This document shows, piece after piece, positions 1-12,106 of a stretch of DNA of 64,000 nt (within the stretch, counting starts at the first letter, position 1; the number at the start of each line of letters is the position of its first letter). The DNA is taken from the NCBI RefSeq assembly GCF_006345805.1, contig NC_042999.1, positions 114,266,001 through 114,330,000 of the forward strand, given 5' to 3'. This DNA is from Octopus sinensis (taxonomy: Eukaryota). The notes below the pieces were generated by a model, which searched no databases, was not told the DNA's origin, and worked only from the letters and a program-made list of their open reading frames with translations. The translations under genes and the position numbers were made by a program.

Positions 1-2610
1 GATACTGGTTTCAAATCCAATGCATGACAAGTGGTCTTCTACTTATAGGATTGGATCAACTCAAGAGTTGTAGCTGAAATTTGGTAAATGGTAAAATGTA
101 CAGAAATCTTGTGGATGTGCATATATTACCATCATCATCTTCATCACCCTCATTTTATGTCCACTTTCTATAATGGCATGGGTTAGACAAGTTGCCATAC
201 TTGGAATCAGAACATATTTGGAAGTACAGCCTCTATAAACAAGTTGAAAGACTGTATCTCACTCTTGGTGTCTATGGCTCACTTTACAGAGAGTATTATA
301 TGCATGTATGAACACACATATCAACAGAAGCTAGCAGAATCAGTATGTAAAAACTCCCATAAAACCCAATGTGGTAGTAGTTCTGTCCTGATTATGTGTA
401 TTTAACCCCTGTAGACTTTGCTCTTCATCTGTATGAGCTTACTAAAATAAGTACCTAAGTACCAGGATTGACATATATCATTATTATTGTTTAACATCCA
501 CCTTCCATGCTGGCATGAGTTGGACAGTTTGACAGGAGCTGACCAGACAGGAGCTTGCACCAGACTTCTGTGTCCATTTTGGCAGTGCCTTTAAAGCTGG
601 ATGCCTTTCCTAACACCAACCACCCAGCAGAGTGGACAAAATAATCAATTAAAAACCGCTTTAAGGCAGTGTCCCACTATGGCCACAATCCAATGATTAA
701 AATCAGTAAAAGAAGAGAATTACAAATTCCTATTTCTTCTACTTGCCAAAATACAGTCTCTGCATTTAGTAAAAAACCAAACTAATACGTTGTAATAAAA
801 AGCTTCAAAATTGGTGGAAACAATAAAGCACTGGACTTAATGTCATGCAGTTGTTAGCTCCAGGCTAACTCAGACTGAGCAGATGATGATCAAAACCATT
901 CCAGCTGTGACCAGCCATCCTGTCTTTCTAGAAATATGTTGAATTATCTTGCTCAGTGTTTAAATTTCCCATTTTACAACAGAAAGATATCATCATGATT
1001 TGAGGAATATTTTGCTGCTGTTATTAGTAAGTAGCAGACTGAATTTCATATATATGGGAAGGCATTTCCTACAAGCACGAGCAACTCAGTAGAAATACAC
1101 TTGTTTTGCTCGACAAGGGTTTGTATCTCTAATGTCTTCTCTATGTACTTGATTCTTTGTGTGTGTGTGCGCACGCACATGAGGGAGAGAGAAGAGTAGC
1201 CACGCCTTTGACTTTCGCATGTCTCATTTCCTCCAAAACTAGGGAGACTGGTGTGGTTGACACTCAGCCTGAACACCTGAGGGTAAAATGTGGACAAGGA
1301 AGGGGAGCTAAAGGACCACTAACTAATAATTGCAACATAGTTACTGAACTAAAAAGGCATCCAGGGACCAGATGGTGGCAGTGGTAGCATTAAAATGGAT
1401 AGCATGATAGGCCTATCTACCAACCACATGGCATACAAGAAAACAAAAAAATCATGATAGGATGGAGCAAATTAGCTTCATGCTTGCAGTAAAGAAATAT
1501 GATTGTTCCAATGTCATTGGTGAAAAATATTAGCAAATGGACTTTTTAACAAAGCTGAGACTAAGATCTCATCATTGAATGTGTCAAACCAACACATACA
1601 GTTTAGTGTTCCAGTGTCCTAACAACACTGCTCCACCCCTGACCAACACACACAAAATAACAGGCTGGTCAGTGGCCTGCTGGCTTGTTTCCTTTTAAAT
1701 ATATTTTTAAACACACATCAAGAAATTAATAGTTGCATATCGAAGGTGTTGTCGGTTTAATGTGGGATAGTATTTCAGGTAGCCAACCTCTATGCCATCA
1801 GTCACATCAAGCAGAAGCTGATCAACAATGACAAAACATTCCCACAATAAGAATACTAATCCAATACACTACTAAATAGGCTGCTTTATGTGACAGGTGT
1901 CACAGCAGACTGGGGTTACTGAACAACAGAACAAAGCTTAGAGAAGAAAACAGAATAAAGAAGTTGGACATGTATCAAATGTTAAAGATAATGACTGGGG
2001 GGATCAGGTATGCTATCTGCAGAGGAAACAAATAGTTAAGTCTGTGGTAGCATAGTTAATGTATCTCTCGTTTCAATCAACAGACTGTGGCCATGCTGAG
2101 GCATTGGCTTCAAGGGTTTAGTAAAATAAAATTGACCCCAATACTTGTGGTGGGTGTGGGAGGGGGGGAGAGGAAAGCAGACAACTGGCTTTCATCAAGT
2201 GCTGTCTTCACTCCCAGTATGCAGCACTTTGGGCAAGTGTCTTCTACTACAGCCTTGGGCTGAAGAAAGCCTTGCGAGTCAATTTGATAGATGGAAACTG
2301 AAAGAAGCCTGACATTATATATAAATAAATATAAGGCAAGTCAATAACAAATGACAAATTCAAACACAAAAACAACAACAACAATCCAAGGTATGTTCAC
2401 AATGAATATTATTAATTTGATGCTAGCAGAAAAATGCATTAAAGGGAAATTAAATATCCGTTGTTTTGGACATAAATCCTTGTTGGATATGCAGAAAGTT
2501 CAGAGAAAAGGAGAGAAGAACAAAGAATTAAGGATAAAGTATGCCTAATTACACACACATACACATTAATAAGCAAAACACATACCCAAGGTATGTGTTT
2601 TGCTTATTTA

Positions 2611-2696
2611 CCAGATTGGTGTGGCATAGCACTTTGGGGATGACTCCCTCATAACATTGGAGATCATCCCCCAAGTGCTATTCAACAGTAAACTGG
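2611..2696. ncRNA. Candidate pri-miRNA-like hairpin (intronic)
   Basis: ~22-bp upper stem (2626-2647 / 2659-2681), ~11-nt loop, and an in-register 15-bp lower stem with 11 of 15 paired. No match to a miRNA I recognise. Confidence 0.3.
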
Positions 2697-3295
2697 CAAA
2701 GAAACAAAACACATACATTGAGTATATTCAATTGATAATGTTTACAACACTAGTGCTGCTTTTAATTCATTATTGAATTTAATCTCACATATGCATTGTC
2801 ATGGCACACCGAGAAAAAATTCTTACACTCATCATCGGTTAATGTCTGCTTTCCATGCTAGCATGGGTTGGATGGTTTAACATGGAGCTGTCCAAACTCC
2901 AACAGTTTGTTGTGGCATGGTTTCTACAGCTGCATACCCTTCTTCATGCCAACCACTGAGCAGGGTGTGGTGTGTGCCGTTTTATGTGCCACTGAGTCAT
3001 AGACTTATGATTTGATTCAATCCCAGTTTGATTCAGGTACGCAGTGTTGATAAGCCAGAAAAATGGTGAAATATTAGGAGCCATCACTCCTGAATTTGAT
3101 CAAACGTGAGTTGTCTACCTTATCTATGACTTTCAGGTCTTTTGACACCCAGTGTTATGAGTGAGTCATCCTCCAAGCATTATGTCACGGTGAACTGGTG
3201 AACAAATAAAACATACGTTGACTGCGCACAGCTGATAACATTTATAACAGCAGCAGAGCTTTTAATTTGTTAATCATCATTGTCATTTAATTTGT

Positions 3296-4677
3296 TAATC
3301 ATCATTGTCATTTAGTGCCTGCTTTCCATGCTAGCATGGGTTGGACAGTGTGACTGAGGACTAGCAAGCCAGGAGGCTGCACCAGGCTCCAGTCTGATCT
3401 GGCAAGGTTTCAACAGTTGGATGCCCTTCATAATGCCAGCCATTCTTGAGAGTGTAGTGGGTGCTTTGTACGTGCCACTGGTATGGGGTCCAGCCAGGCG
3501 GTATTGGCATTGGCCATGACTACAATTTCACTTGACTCAACAGGTCTTCTCAAGCACAGCATATTGCCTGACGACTGAAGGGTACTTTTAAACAGTCTGG
3601 TTATGCAACACTGGCATCAGCCACGGTTACGATCTCACTTGGATGGCTGGGTCTTCTCAAGCACAGCGTATCTCCAAAGGTCTCAGTCACTTGTCATTGC
3701 CTCTGTGAGGCCCAACGTTCAAAGGTCGTGCTTCACCACCTCATCCCAGGTCTTCCTTCCACTGTTAGGATGTAACACTTCTTCACACTGCTGTCCTCAT
3801 CCATTGCAACACATGACCATACCAGTGCAGTTGTCTCTCTTGCACACCACATCTCATGCTTCTTATGTCCAACCTTTCTCTCAATGTGCTTGCACTCCGT
3901 CGTGTATGCACACTGACATTACACATCCAGCAGAGCATACTGGCTTCATTTCTTTCAAGCCTACGCGTGTCCTCAGCAGTCACGGCCCATGTTTCACTGC
4001 CATGTAGCATGGCTGTTCACACACATGCGTCATACGGTCTCCCTTTCACTCTGAGCAAGAGACCCTTTGTTACCAGCAGAGGTAGGAGCTCTCTGAACTT
4101 TGCCCAGGCTATTCATATTCTAGCAGCTATCTCTCAGAAAATCCACCCCCACTGGGGACTTGGTCACCTAGGTAACGGAAGCTATCAACTACTTCTAGTT
4201 TTTCCCTCTGGCACGTGATGCAATCTGTTTTCTGTACATCTTTGGTGTTTATTGCCCCCGTGCATCTGCCACACACAAAACCATCTTCCCAGTTAACCTT
4301 TCTTTGATATTGCTGTACTTCTTATGTGTCCATAGCTTACACCAGGTACATCTTATGGAATTTCTATCTACGACTTTACTACAGATCGAGCAGGGCCATC
4401 TACCTGAAGGAATTTGTGATTTATCTGCCTTCCTACTTATTAAGACTGGTTTTTGCTAGACTGACTCTAAGGCCATACAATTCTAGACCTTGCTTCCACA
4501 CCTGAAACTTCTTCTCAACTTCTGGTAGTGACTCAGTTATTAGAGCCAAGTCATCAGCATAGAGGAGCTCCCAGGGGCAACCTGTCTTGAATTCCCCTAT
4601 TATTGCCTGGAGGACTACAATGAATAAGAGGGGGCTGAGGACTGGTCCTCGGTGAACCCCTACTTCTACCTGGAATA
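3296..4677 (-). mobile_element. 5'-truncated, decayed RTE copy (end of RT, PHD, C-terminus, 3' UTR)
   Basis: Homologous to 14623-16050. ORF 3783-4010 reads LHGSETWAVTAED..RLERNE. PHD remnant at 4320-4420. (CAT)n tail near 3296. Confidence 0.9.
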
Positions 4678-4849
4678 CATATGTATATATAACTAGCCTA
4701 AGTACCTCAGAAGTTTAAAGAATGTTAAAGGAAATAAATATATTTATTCTGATAAAAAATATATTTTCAGAAAAACTTTATCAGATGACATGAGTATAAA
4801 CAAAGTTATTAAAACAAATCTTGAAATGAATCACAGTTTAATTTTGTAG

Positions 4850-7800
4850 AACTTCTAAATATACAATGTTTTCAGTGTGCCCTTTAATTGGGATATAAAT
4901 AAAGAGTTTTGGGACTTCCAACTTGCAAACATCCTATATATAATTGCCCATGAGAAAAGCAAGGAGAAGCAAGGTTAAGTCCAACAACCTTGAGATTTGT
5001 TTATTGACATAGCAAAACTGGGAACTGGAGCCATTTAAATTCAAAGAGAAAGTCAGATGGGATTAACAGGATCCATGGATTGAAGACATCCTCACCCTTA
5101 TATTTCCCAGTGATAATTGCTGCCCCTAGGACATGGGGTTGCATCACTTTTACCACCAGACTGGTGCCATTGCACAGGCGAGGTGGATCCTGATTCCTAG
5201 CAGCATGATTGGGGCCTCCTTTTTAAGTGTTAAGTTGTGTGGTGGCATCCAAGATGGCTGCAGAGAGTTCAGGAACTCAGTTGGAAAATCTACAGCTTGG
5301 TCCTGATCAATGGCAGTGTGAATGGATTTGAAAGATTCTTCCTGTCCTGGCAACAGCTGCAAGAGATCCCAATTGATTTTGTCAACAGCATCATTACGTA
5401 GAGCTAAGACGACTTGCTCACATAGCCATTGAATGTTGCTAAAGTTTTGTGCAATGTTTGGAAATATGCATTTGGAGATCATTGACAGTTGGTACCATCT
5501 CACCACAGGGTAGCTTGTGTTGCTGCATTTGGTGGACATAAGGTAGTTGCCCATTCTCTATGTTCAAAAGCTAGCATGAAAACAGCCCAGCAGCTAGATC
5601 ACCAAATAACTGGGCTTTCATGTTAACTGTCAGATGCAGTTTGGTCACTTGCCCCACACAGATAAAATAGCTTGAGACAGGCTTTTAGTCCATCTGCCTT
5701 TGTACCTTTTGGGACTACAGGAAAGGTTTGTCTGAAATCTCCAGCCAAAACTACAGTGACACCACCCATGAAAATGTCCTTTCCTCTCAAATCTCTTAGG
5801 CTATGGTCAATAGCTTCAAGTGCTCCATAGTGAGACATGGTGCAGTCATCCCAGACAATCAAGCACGTTTGCTGCAGGACCTTGGCCTTTGCTGATGTCT
5901 TGGAGTCTATGTCCTAACTAAATTCAAGGGAAACACAAAAGTAGAATGAGCTGTTTGACCACTTGTCAAAAGAGTTGCTGCAATTTCAGAAGATGCTTAC
6001 TGCCAATGCAATGCACCCATCTAGACAGACTTTTGCCAACAGAAGATTGATCAAAAACGTTTTGCCACTGCCCGCAGGAGCATCTAAAAAGATCAGGCTA
6101 CTCTTTTGCTTTGAGTCATTCGAATGAAGCAATTGTAAGCTGTCCGGTGTCCAGTCAAAAGCCTTGGCTCATTCTCTGTCACATACACATTGAGATTGTT
6201 GATGTTATAGGATGGCTCCCTTAGAATTTCCTGGTCTGTTCTGTGCTGTTCTCTTATTGGATCTGTCAAGCCATACTCCTGAAAAGGTTTTCCTCCAAGC
6301 TGAAGGACCTTGTATTCAAGGAGTAGAGCATCATTCTTGATGTTTTCAGTGAACTGTATTTCGAGACTTTGATTTTGTTTCTGCAATCTGTGAACAATGT
6401 CTTCACAGAAGGATTCCTGGTGCTGCTTCTTCCGCAGCTGGTGAGGGCTAGCGATGTTGCAAACTTGAAGCATAATGGCGAAGAGATTTAACAACTGAAA
6501 TGCAGAAAATGAAACAACTGCCTCAGCTAGAGTTGCATTCCAGTGACTATCAACTTTGAGGAAGTCACAGAAATGGCAAGTGCCTGTCTGTAAGAGTCGG
6601 ACATGGCCATTAAAAGTCTTCAGATCTAGGAAACTCTTTGGACCATGAACTGTGTGCTAAAGGAGCCTCAAGAAATAACACTCAAAGTTGTTGGGATGCA
6701 CAGTGTAGACCCTTCCCAGTGCTGAATCTCTTGATTCCTGAATGCCTTTCAATAGTCTGACCAATGGCACATCTTTTCCATTGTTTAGTGGTTTGTTGCC
6801 ATGTGTAATATTGAGGGATCTCTTGGTACAAGAGTGGAAGCTAATGGATCTGTGCTACAAAGCTCAAAAAAAGCAATCAATATTGTTGAACCTGGAGTTT
6901 CAAGTTGCTGCTGGGAGACATTGTGGATTGTCAGGATTAAAATAGACTCACTGGCCATTCTCTAGATGTACAACTAGATGGATAACAGTTGGATGCCAGT
7001 CATGCAGCAGAAAGTTAAACTATCTCCAAGCTGCTTCATTGCTGCTAATGTAGTGTCCCATCTGGTAGCATGTTACCTCATCATTCTTGTTTACCTCATG
7101 AAGGCCAAAAACAGCCATGTCTGACCCCTTGTTTACATACTTGCACACTACTTCATGGATTTCACAGTTACAAAACTTAACATTGATGTGTGCTTTGAAG
7201 ATCTTTGACAGAAGGGGACAATATGGCACAATCCACCGATTGTCAACTTCAATTTCTTGGATTGCACTTGCGTTGATAGTGTCTTTATGCCCGCCGTGGC
7301 CTGGCTTACGATGCTTGTATCTTGGGTATCCATCATGACCAGTCTCTGACTCGGCAATGAATTGCTTAGGAAAGCCTTTACTGCACTTTCCATCAACCAT
7401 GCAAGGAGAGTTCCTGTTGAGAGGTCTGCATGGACCATAAACCATCTGAGTCTTGATGACTCCAAAGAATTTGGGATCTTTTTGTTGTGTCAGGAAGCTT
7501 GGCACTAATGATGGAATCAGTTTGATTTGGATGAATTTTGTCTTTAAGCCAGATTAGCTTGTGGGCATGCAGCAGGCCTTGTTTCTGCCATTCAATTGTG
7601 TACATGTGGCAAATAGTTTTACCAAAGATGCGATGTTTGGTAACAAGTGCTAGCATCTTCAAAATGCTTTTGCCGATACACACGTGCCAAAAGGTTGTAC
7701 TTATGGTGAGAACATTATCCTGGTAGAAGCAGGGCCTTGATTTCATCCCACTGATGGATGCAAGTGAAGACCAGAAAGAGATCAGGTTGCCCATGTGTCC

Positions 7801-9230
7801 TGACATATGTCATTGCATCCTGCATTCTCTCGAGCATATACTGAGGGCCTCCTGTAAATGTAGATGGCAGAATGACCAACTATCCCATGTTGCTGACATC
7901 ACAATCAGCTGCAATGGCATCATGTAGGTGAACATATGACTGTGCTTGTGGCCTTTTCTGGTTTTGTCAAATGGAGAGAAGGTGCTTGCTCTCAACTTTT
8001 ACATTGCACATCAACCAGGAATTGATGGAAGAGGTCATGGCACTGCAGAAGCTGGCTTGAATGGGCAGGGCGGATCATCAACATGTAAGCATAGAAGTCA
8101 TTGGCTGAGACCTGGTTAGTGGGTAGTTTTGTGGCTAGATTGACTTGTGAAATGTTAAAATGACATCCATCTTGCCCTTGCCAGAAGATTTGTGGGTACT
8201 GCAGAGCATTGTATGACCAATAAGTTTCTGATATGCAGGTCAGCATGGAATCTTGGTGGTGAATGATGATGTTTCGGTGATCATGTTGTTCACTGACCGG
8301 GAGAATGGCCACTTTTTTTGTAGCTGGTGCATTGAAACAACATTCATGCTCATCTACTGGTCTCTCATCTGACCTGATTACTATGTGAAAGTCACTATTT
8401 GGGTGTAGCTGTTCCATTGCTGTCTTAAAGCTGCTTACCAGATCATTGTGGGTGTGGAGCATTTCTTGCAAAGATATCACAATGCTCCTGTCAAGAGTTT
8501 GAAACTTTTTACATCGTCTGTCACATTGCCACTGTGAATCTCCCATGAAGTAAATCTGAAGGAACTTGGCAGGCTCATTAAGCTGGGGCATGAGAGAGCC
8601 CATGAAGTGATAAACTTGTCCTTGCACTTTAAAAGTAGGCATAAATCCTGGCTCCACAACTTCCTTACTTGCTCCAAATGAGGTCAATTAGAAGGCCAAG
8701 TTGTTTTGTCAGATGTTGTCTAGAAATCCTCTTGAAATGAGCATATTATCTTCAAATAGATCTTTGAGAGATTGTGGAGGAGATTGAAGCAAAGGCAGCC
8801 TCACTTTGCCATTGGTACAGCACACACTAGAAGACTCAGCTGGAAATATTGTTGCACCACAGAGGTCCCAAATCAATACTACTGAATCAATGTTGTAGCT
8901 TTTTGAAAGATCATAAGAGAAAGCAACATGTGGTTGAGAAAAACTGGAAGATTGTGGTGGTCTACAGCCAGCTGCATGTATGGCCCTGTCTTGGGCAAGC
9001 CTCTCAGCATGATGATCTTGCTGAGCAGTTGCCATCCTTGCTTGGTTTTGTGCTAGCCTCTCAGCTCGATGCCCTGAGGATTCCATTTGCTGAGCAGTTG
9101 CCATCCTTGTTTAGTTTTGCAACACCCTCTGACTTTGTTCTTCCTCAGACTCACTAAGGCATGCAGCTGCCTTGTGCTTTGCACCAGAGGTCTTCTGTGA
9201 CAGCCCAGCATTTTTCTTGGGTGGCATTCT
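4850..9230 (-). pseudogene. Frameshifted Helitron Rep/PIF1-helicase (RepHel) coding region
   Basis: N-terminal repeats plus CC.NGKV.LP (8709-9104). TSFG..FKVQGQVYH..FLQIYF (7992-8687). Rep motif EWQK.GL.HAH (7393-7806). GPC..CSKGFPK..DNRWIVPY..HINV (7020-7505). Helicase WDD/E..GG..VVLAGDFRQ (5623-5862), P.H.L.LK (5150-5554) and CFSHGQLY (~4930). Confidence 0.92.
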
Positions 9231-9330
9231 GTAATGAAATGGAAAATATGACGTTACAACTACTATTGGATGTACCGACCTTACTAAACCTTATTTAATT
9301 GTGCTACAGCTCCTCTCGTGTACATAAGTC

Positions 9331-9945
9331 GAGTTGTTCCAAGAATACCTGAAATCTACACTAATAAAATTCCTGGCCCTATGTATGTTTGTGTGTGCAT
9401 GTATGCATATGTCTCCCTCTTCTGACGAAACCATGTACAACCTTCAGACCTTTATAGAGGGTGAGTAATAGGAGGGTTAAGGGAGATGCACAAGAGAGAG
9501 GGAGGTTGGAAGGGTAGAGGAGAGGTTTCTCAACTCCTCTCCCCATTTACTCGGTGGGATAATTGAGAAGGGTATAGGAGCCACCCCACCTGCTGGCTAG
9601 TATGTAATGCTAGTTATCAGCATACATTATTTTTTAATCTCTACCCAAGTATAATTACTCACATCTGATTCAAAATAGAAATATCCAGTGTTATTAAGTT
9701 GAGTTGCTCCAAGAATACCAAAAACAGGTAATGTAAGTTATCAGCATATAATATTTTTCAATCCATATCCAAGTATAAATACTCACATCAGATTTAAATG
9801 TGAAATATCAAGTGTTAATATGGCGAGTTGTTCCAAAAATATCTGAAATATGTATTGGAAGTTTATGAAGATATAATATTTTCTAATCCTTATCCAAGTA
9901 GAAATAGTCACATCAGATTTAAATATGAAATATCGAGTGTACTCT
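9331..9945. repeat. ~124-bp degenerate tandem repeat upstream of the RepHel ORF
   Basis: Anchor gagttg(t/c)tccaa(g/a)aata(c/t)c occurs at 9331, 9701 and 9825. Shared segments include ccaagta..actcacatcagatttaaa..gaaatatc. Confidence 0.85.
9355..9600 (+). mobile_element. 246-bp non-autonomous Helitron nested in the large Helitron
   Basis: Termini A|TCTACACTAATAAAA ... gctggCTAG|T. It lengthens one unit of the surrounding 124-bp repeat by exactly 246 bp. Confidence 0.85.
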
Positions 9946-11660
9946 AGCTAATTTTATTAGGTCCATTCACGAACAATTACTTGAATAACTCATGTCATGG
10001 GAATATTGAACTTTAAAATTTATAAAGTGTATTGTATAAATTGAAAGATCCTATATTGCTTAAAGGACTGAATGAGTGAATGACTTATATTAATGTAATA
10101 AGAGTTTTCACTGGGCGTGCATCCGTGTGAAGACCTTTTGTTATTTAGAGACCTTACTCGAATAATGAAAAAAACTTTCATGCCAAATTTGGTACAGACT
10201 GATCCAGCGGTTTGGTTGTGCATAGAGGAAACACATACACACAGTGAATTTAGAGACCTTACTGTTTCTTTTTCTTTTGAAAATTACAAAGTTGTGTGTA
10301 ACATTGAATTTTAAGTTTTACGTTATAGTAATTCCAGTTCTTTGTGGAGGCCCCGTGCTATTGCAGGGTTGTAGGGGCTCAGCGCCGGCTCTGCTGTAAA
10401 CGAATTTAGGGTTTAGGGTTAGTATTTAGTGAGTGTGGTGTTATTGTAAATATTTACCAAATTTTTATTCAGTCACAATTATGTTTATCAACAAGCAACC
10501 TTTGTGTGAAAGTGTTTCTGTGAATGAGCGCATGACAGGACCGTACAGAGAAATTTTGTTTCAGAAAAGTACTTCTTACATACCTTGTCAATTCATTGGA
10601 TTAATCCCAACAAAATACTACAAGTTTAGTCACTGGCTCACAACCTATGTTTGTGCTCTTCATTCCAAAGTAATAAAAAACTTTAACATACTTTCAAAAT
10701 GGGACTTTATCCTTGTGTATTCGTGTGTGCAGGGGGAGGGATTAGTGTGCAAGAAAAACATTTACGGAAATGTACTCCTAAAAACTCTATGATAATAAAG
10801 AGTGTATCAAATGAAATTAAAATCCTGATTCAGTGACCGATCGATCAAGTTAGTAACGTTTTTGGTAACGACATCTCTCTTCTAATTAAATATTGAAAAA
10901 GAGATAATGCCACCCTCTCTTTAGGAAGAGAAATTAATTTTGGCAGTAAGGACTAAACCACTTGTTTCATTATCACAATTAAAAAGCTTTTATCTTTACT
11001 TTTGAAAAAATAAGGTGGAGTTGTAGATGTATGAGGGAAAATTATTTAATATCATGTTTGCTTCTATCAGAATCATCTACCTTTAAAGTAAAAAAGCAAA
11101 ACCGACATGTATGACAAGCATGTAAAACATATTTCTGCTTACTCTCTCTGTTCATTCACATAAGCTGTAGAAATTATTGTGCACGCATACACAGAAATTC
11201 TTCAGACATTTAGCTGTTATTTTTAGTATTTCATTCTCAGGTTTAGACTAGCAAGGGGTGTGTGGATCAATTTTGGAGTTCTTCACAGAAAATTTGAAAT
11301 TAAAAATTCTTTTTTTCCCCATGTTCTTAACCTTTGTATTTTTCCATGTAGATTGAAAAAAAATTTGAAAAAGGTTAAAAATTTGGGGGAGGGGGGATTT
11401 AAAAATTTGAAAACTTTTTTTTTTGCATATTTGGAATCTCTGCCATCAAAAACAGGAATCTGCTGAAAAAAAAGAATGGAATAGTCGTGGTGGGACATTA
11501 CAGCCCCCTATATGGACAAGGGCCAAAATCTGATCCTAGAGCCTTCCCCGAGTAATGAAAAACCTTCATGCCAAATTTGGTACAGATTGATCCAGTGGTT
11601 TGGCTGTGCATAGAGGACACACGTACAGTGAATTTTTATATATATATGTATATATATATA

Positions 11661-11830
11661 AGGAGTAGCTGGGTGGTAAGAAGCTTGCTTCCCAATCACA
11701 TGGTTCCAGGTTCAGTCCCATTGCGTGGCAACTCGGGTATCTTCTACTATAACCTTAAGCTGACCAAAGCCCTGTGAATGGATCTGGTAGACGGAAACTG
11801 AAAGAAGCCCATCATATATATATATATATG

Positions 11831-11905
<75 letters not shown>

Positions 11906-12095
11906 ATGTGTATATGTGTCTGTCCTCCCTCCTTCGCTTGACAACCGATATTGGTGTGTTTATGTCTCCGTAACTTAGCAGTTTGGCAAAAGGAGCCAAC
12001 TGATTCAGGCTCACAAAGTCCAGGGATTGATTTGTTTGACTAAAGGTAGTCCTCCAGGATGGCCACAGTCAAATGAGTGAAACAAGTAAAAGAAT
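11661..12095 (+). mobile_element. tRNA-derived-type SINE with internal (TA)n(TG)n microsatellite
   Basis: Head with A/B-box-like ..gtggtaagaag..ggttcagtccc; body ..ggaaactgaaagaagccc; tail ..ccagcatggccacagtc..tgaaacaagtaaaaga. The same family recurs at ~21001-21420 (+), 19430-19625 (+, 3' half), 28250-28445 (-), 32620-32850, 42130-42270 and 59650-59800. Confidence 0.8.
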
Positions 12096-12106
12096 ATATA
12101 TATATA

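Larger units (their letters stand above)
4693..11650 (-). mobile_element. Decayed autonomous Helitron (~7 kb)
   Basis: RepHel remnants at 4850-9230. 3' CTAG at 4693-4696 is followed by T on the minus strand. A Helitron-type 5' subterminal block (tatataaaaattcactg..gtgtcctctatgcacagccaaacc..accaaatttggcatgaa) lies at ~11560-11650. The 5' limit is uncertain because no TC is visible in the (TA)n. Confidence 0.75.

Noticed and set aside
10405-10422. TTTAGGG/TTAGGG telomere-like repeat
   Set aside because: Only ~2.5 units inside repeat-derived sequence; too short to call an interstitial telomere.
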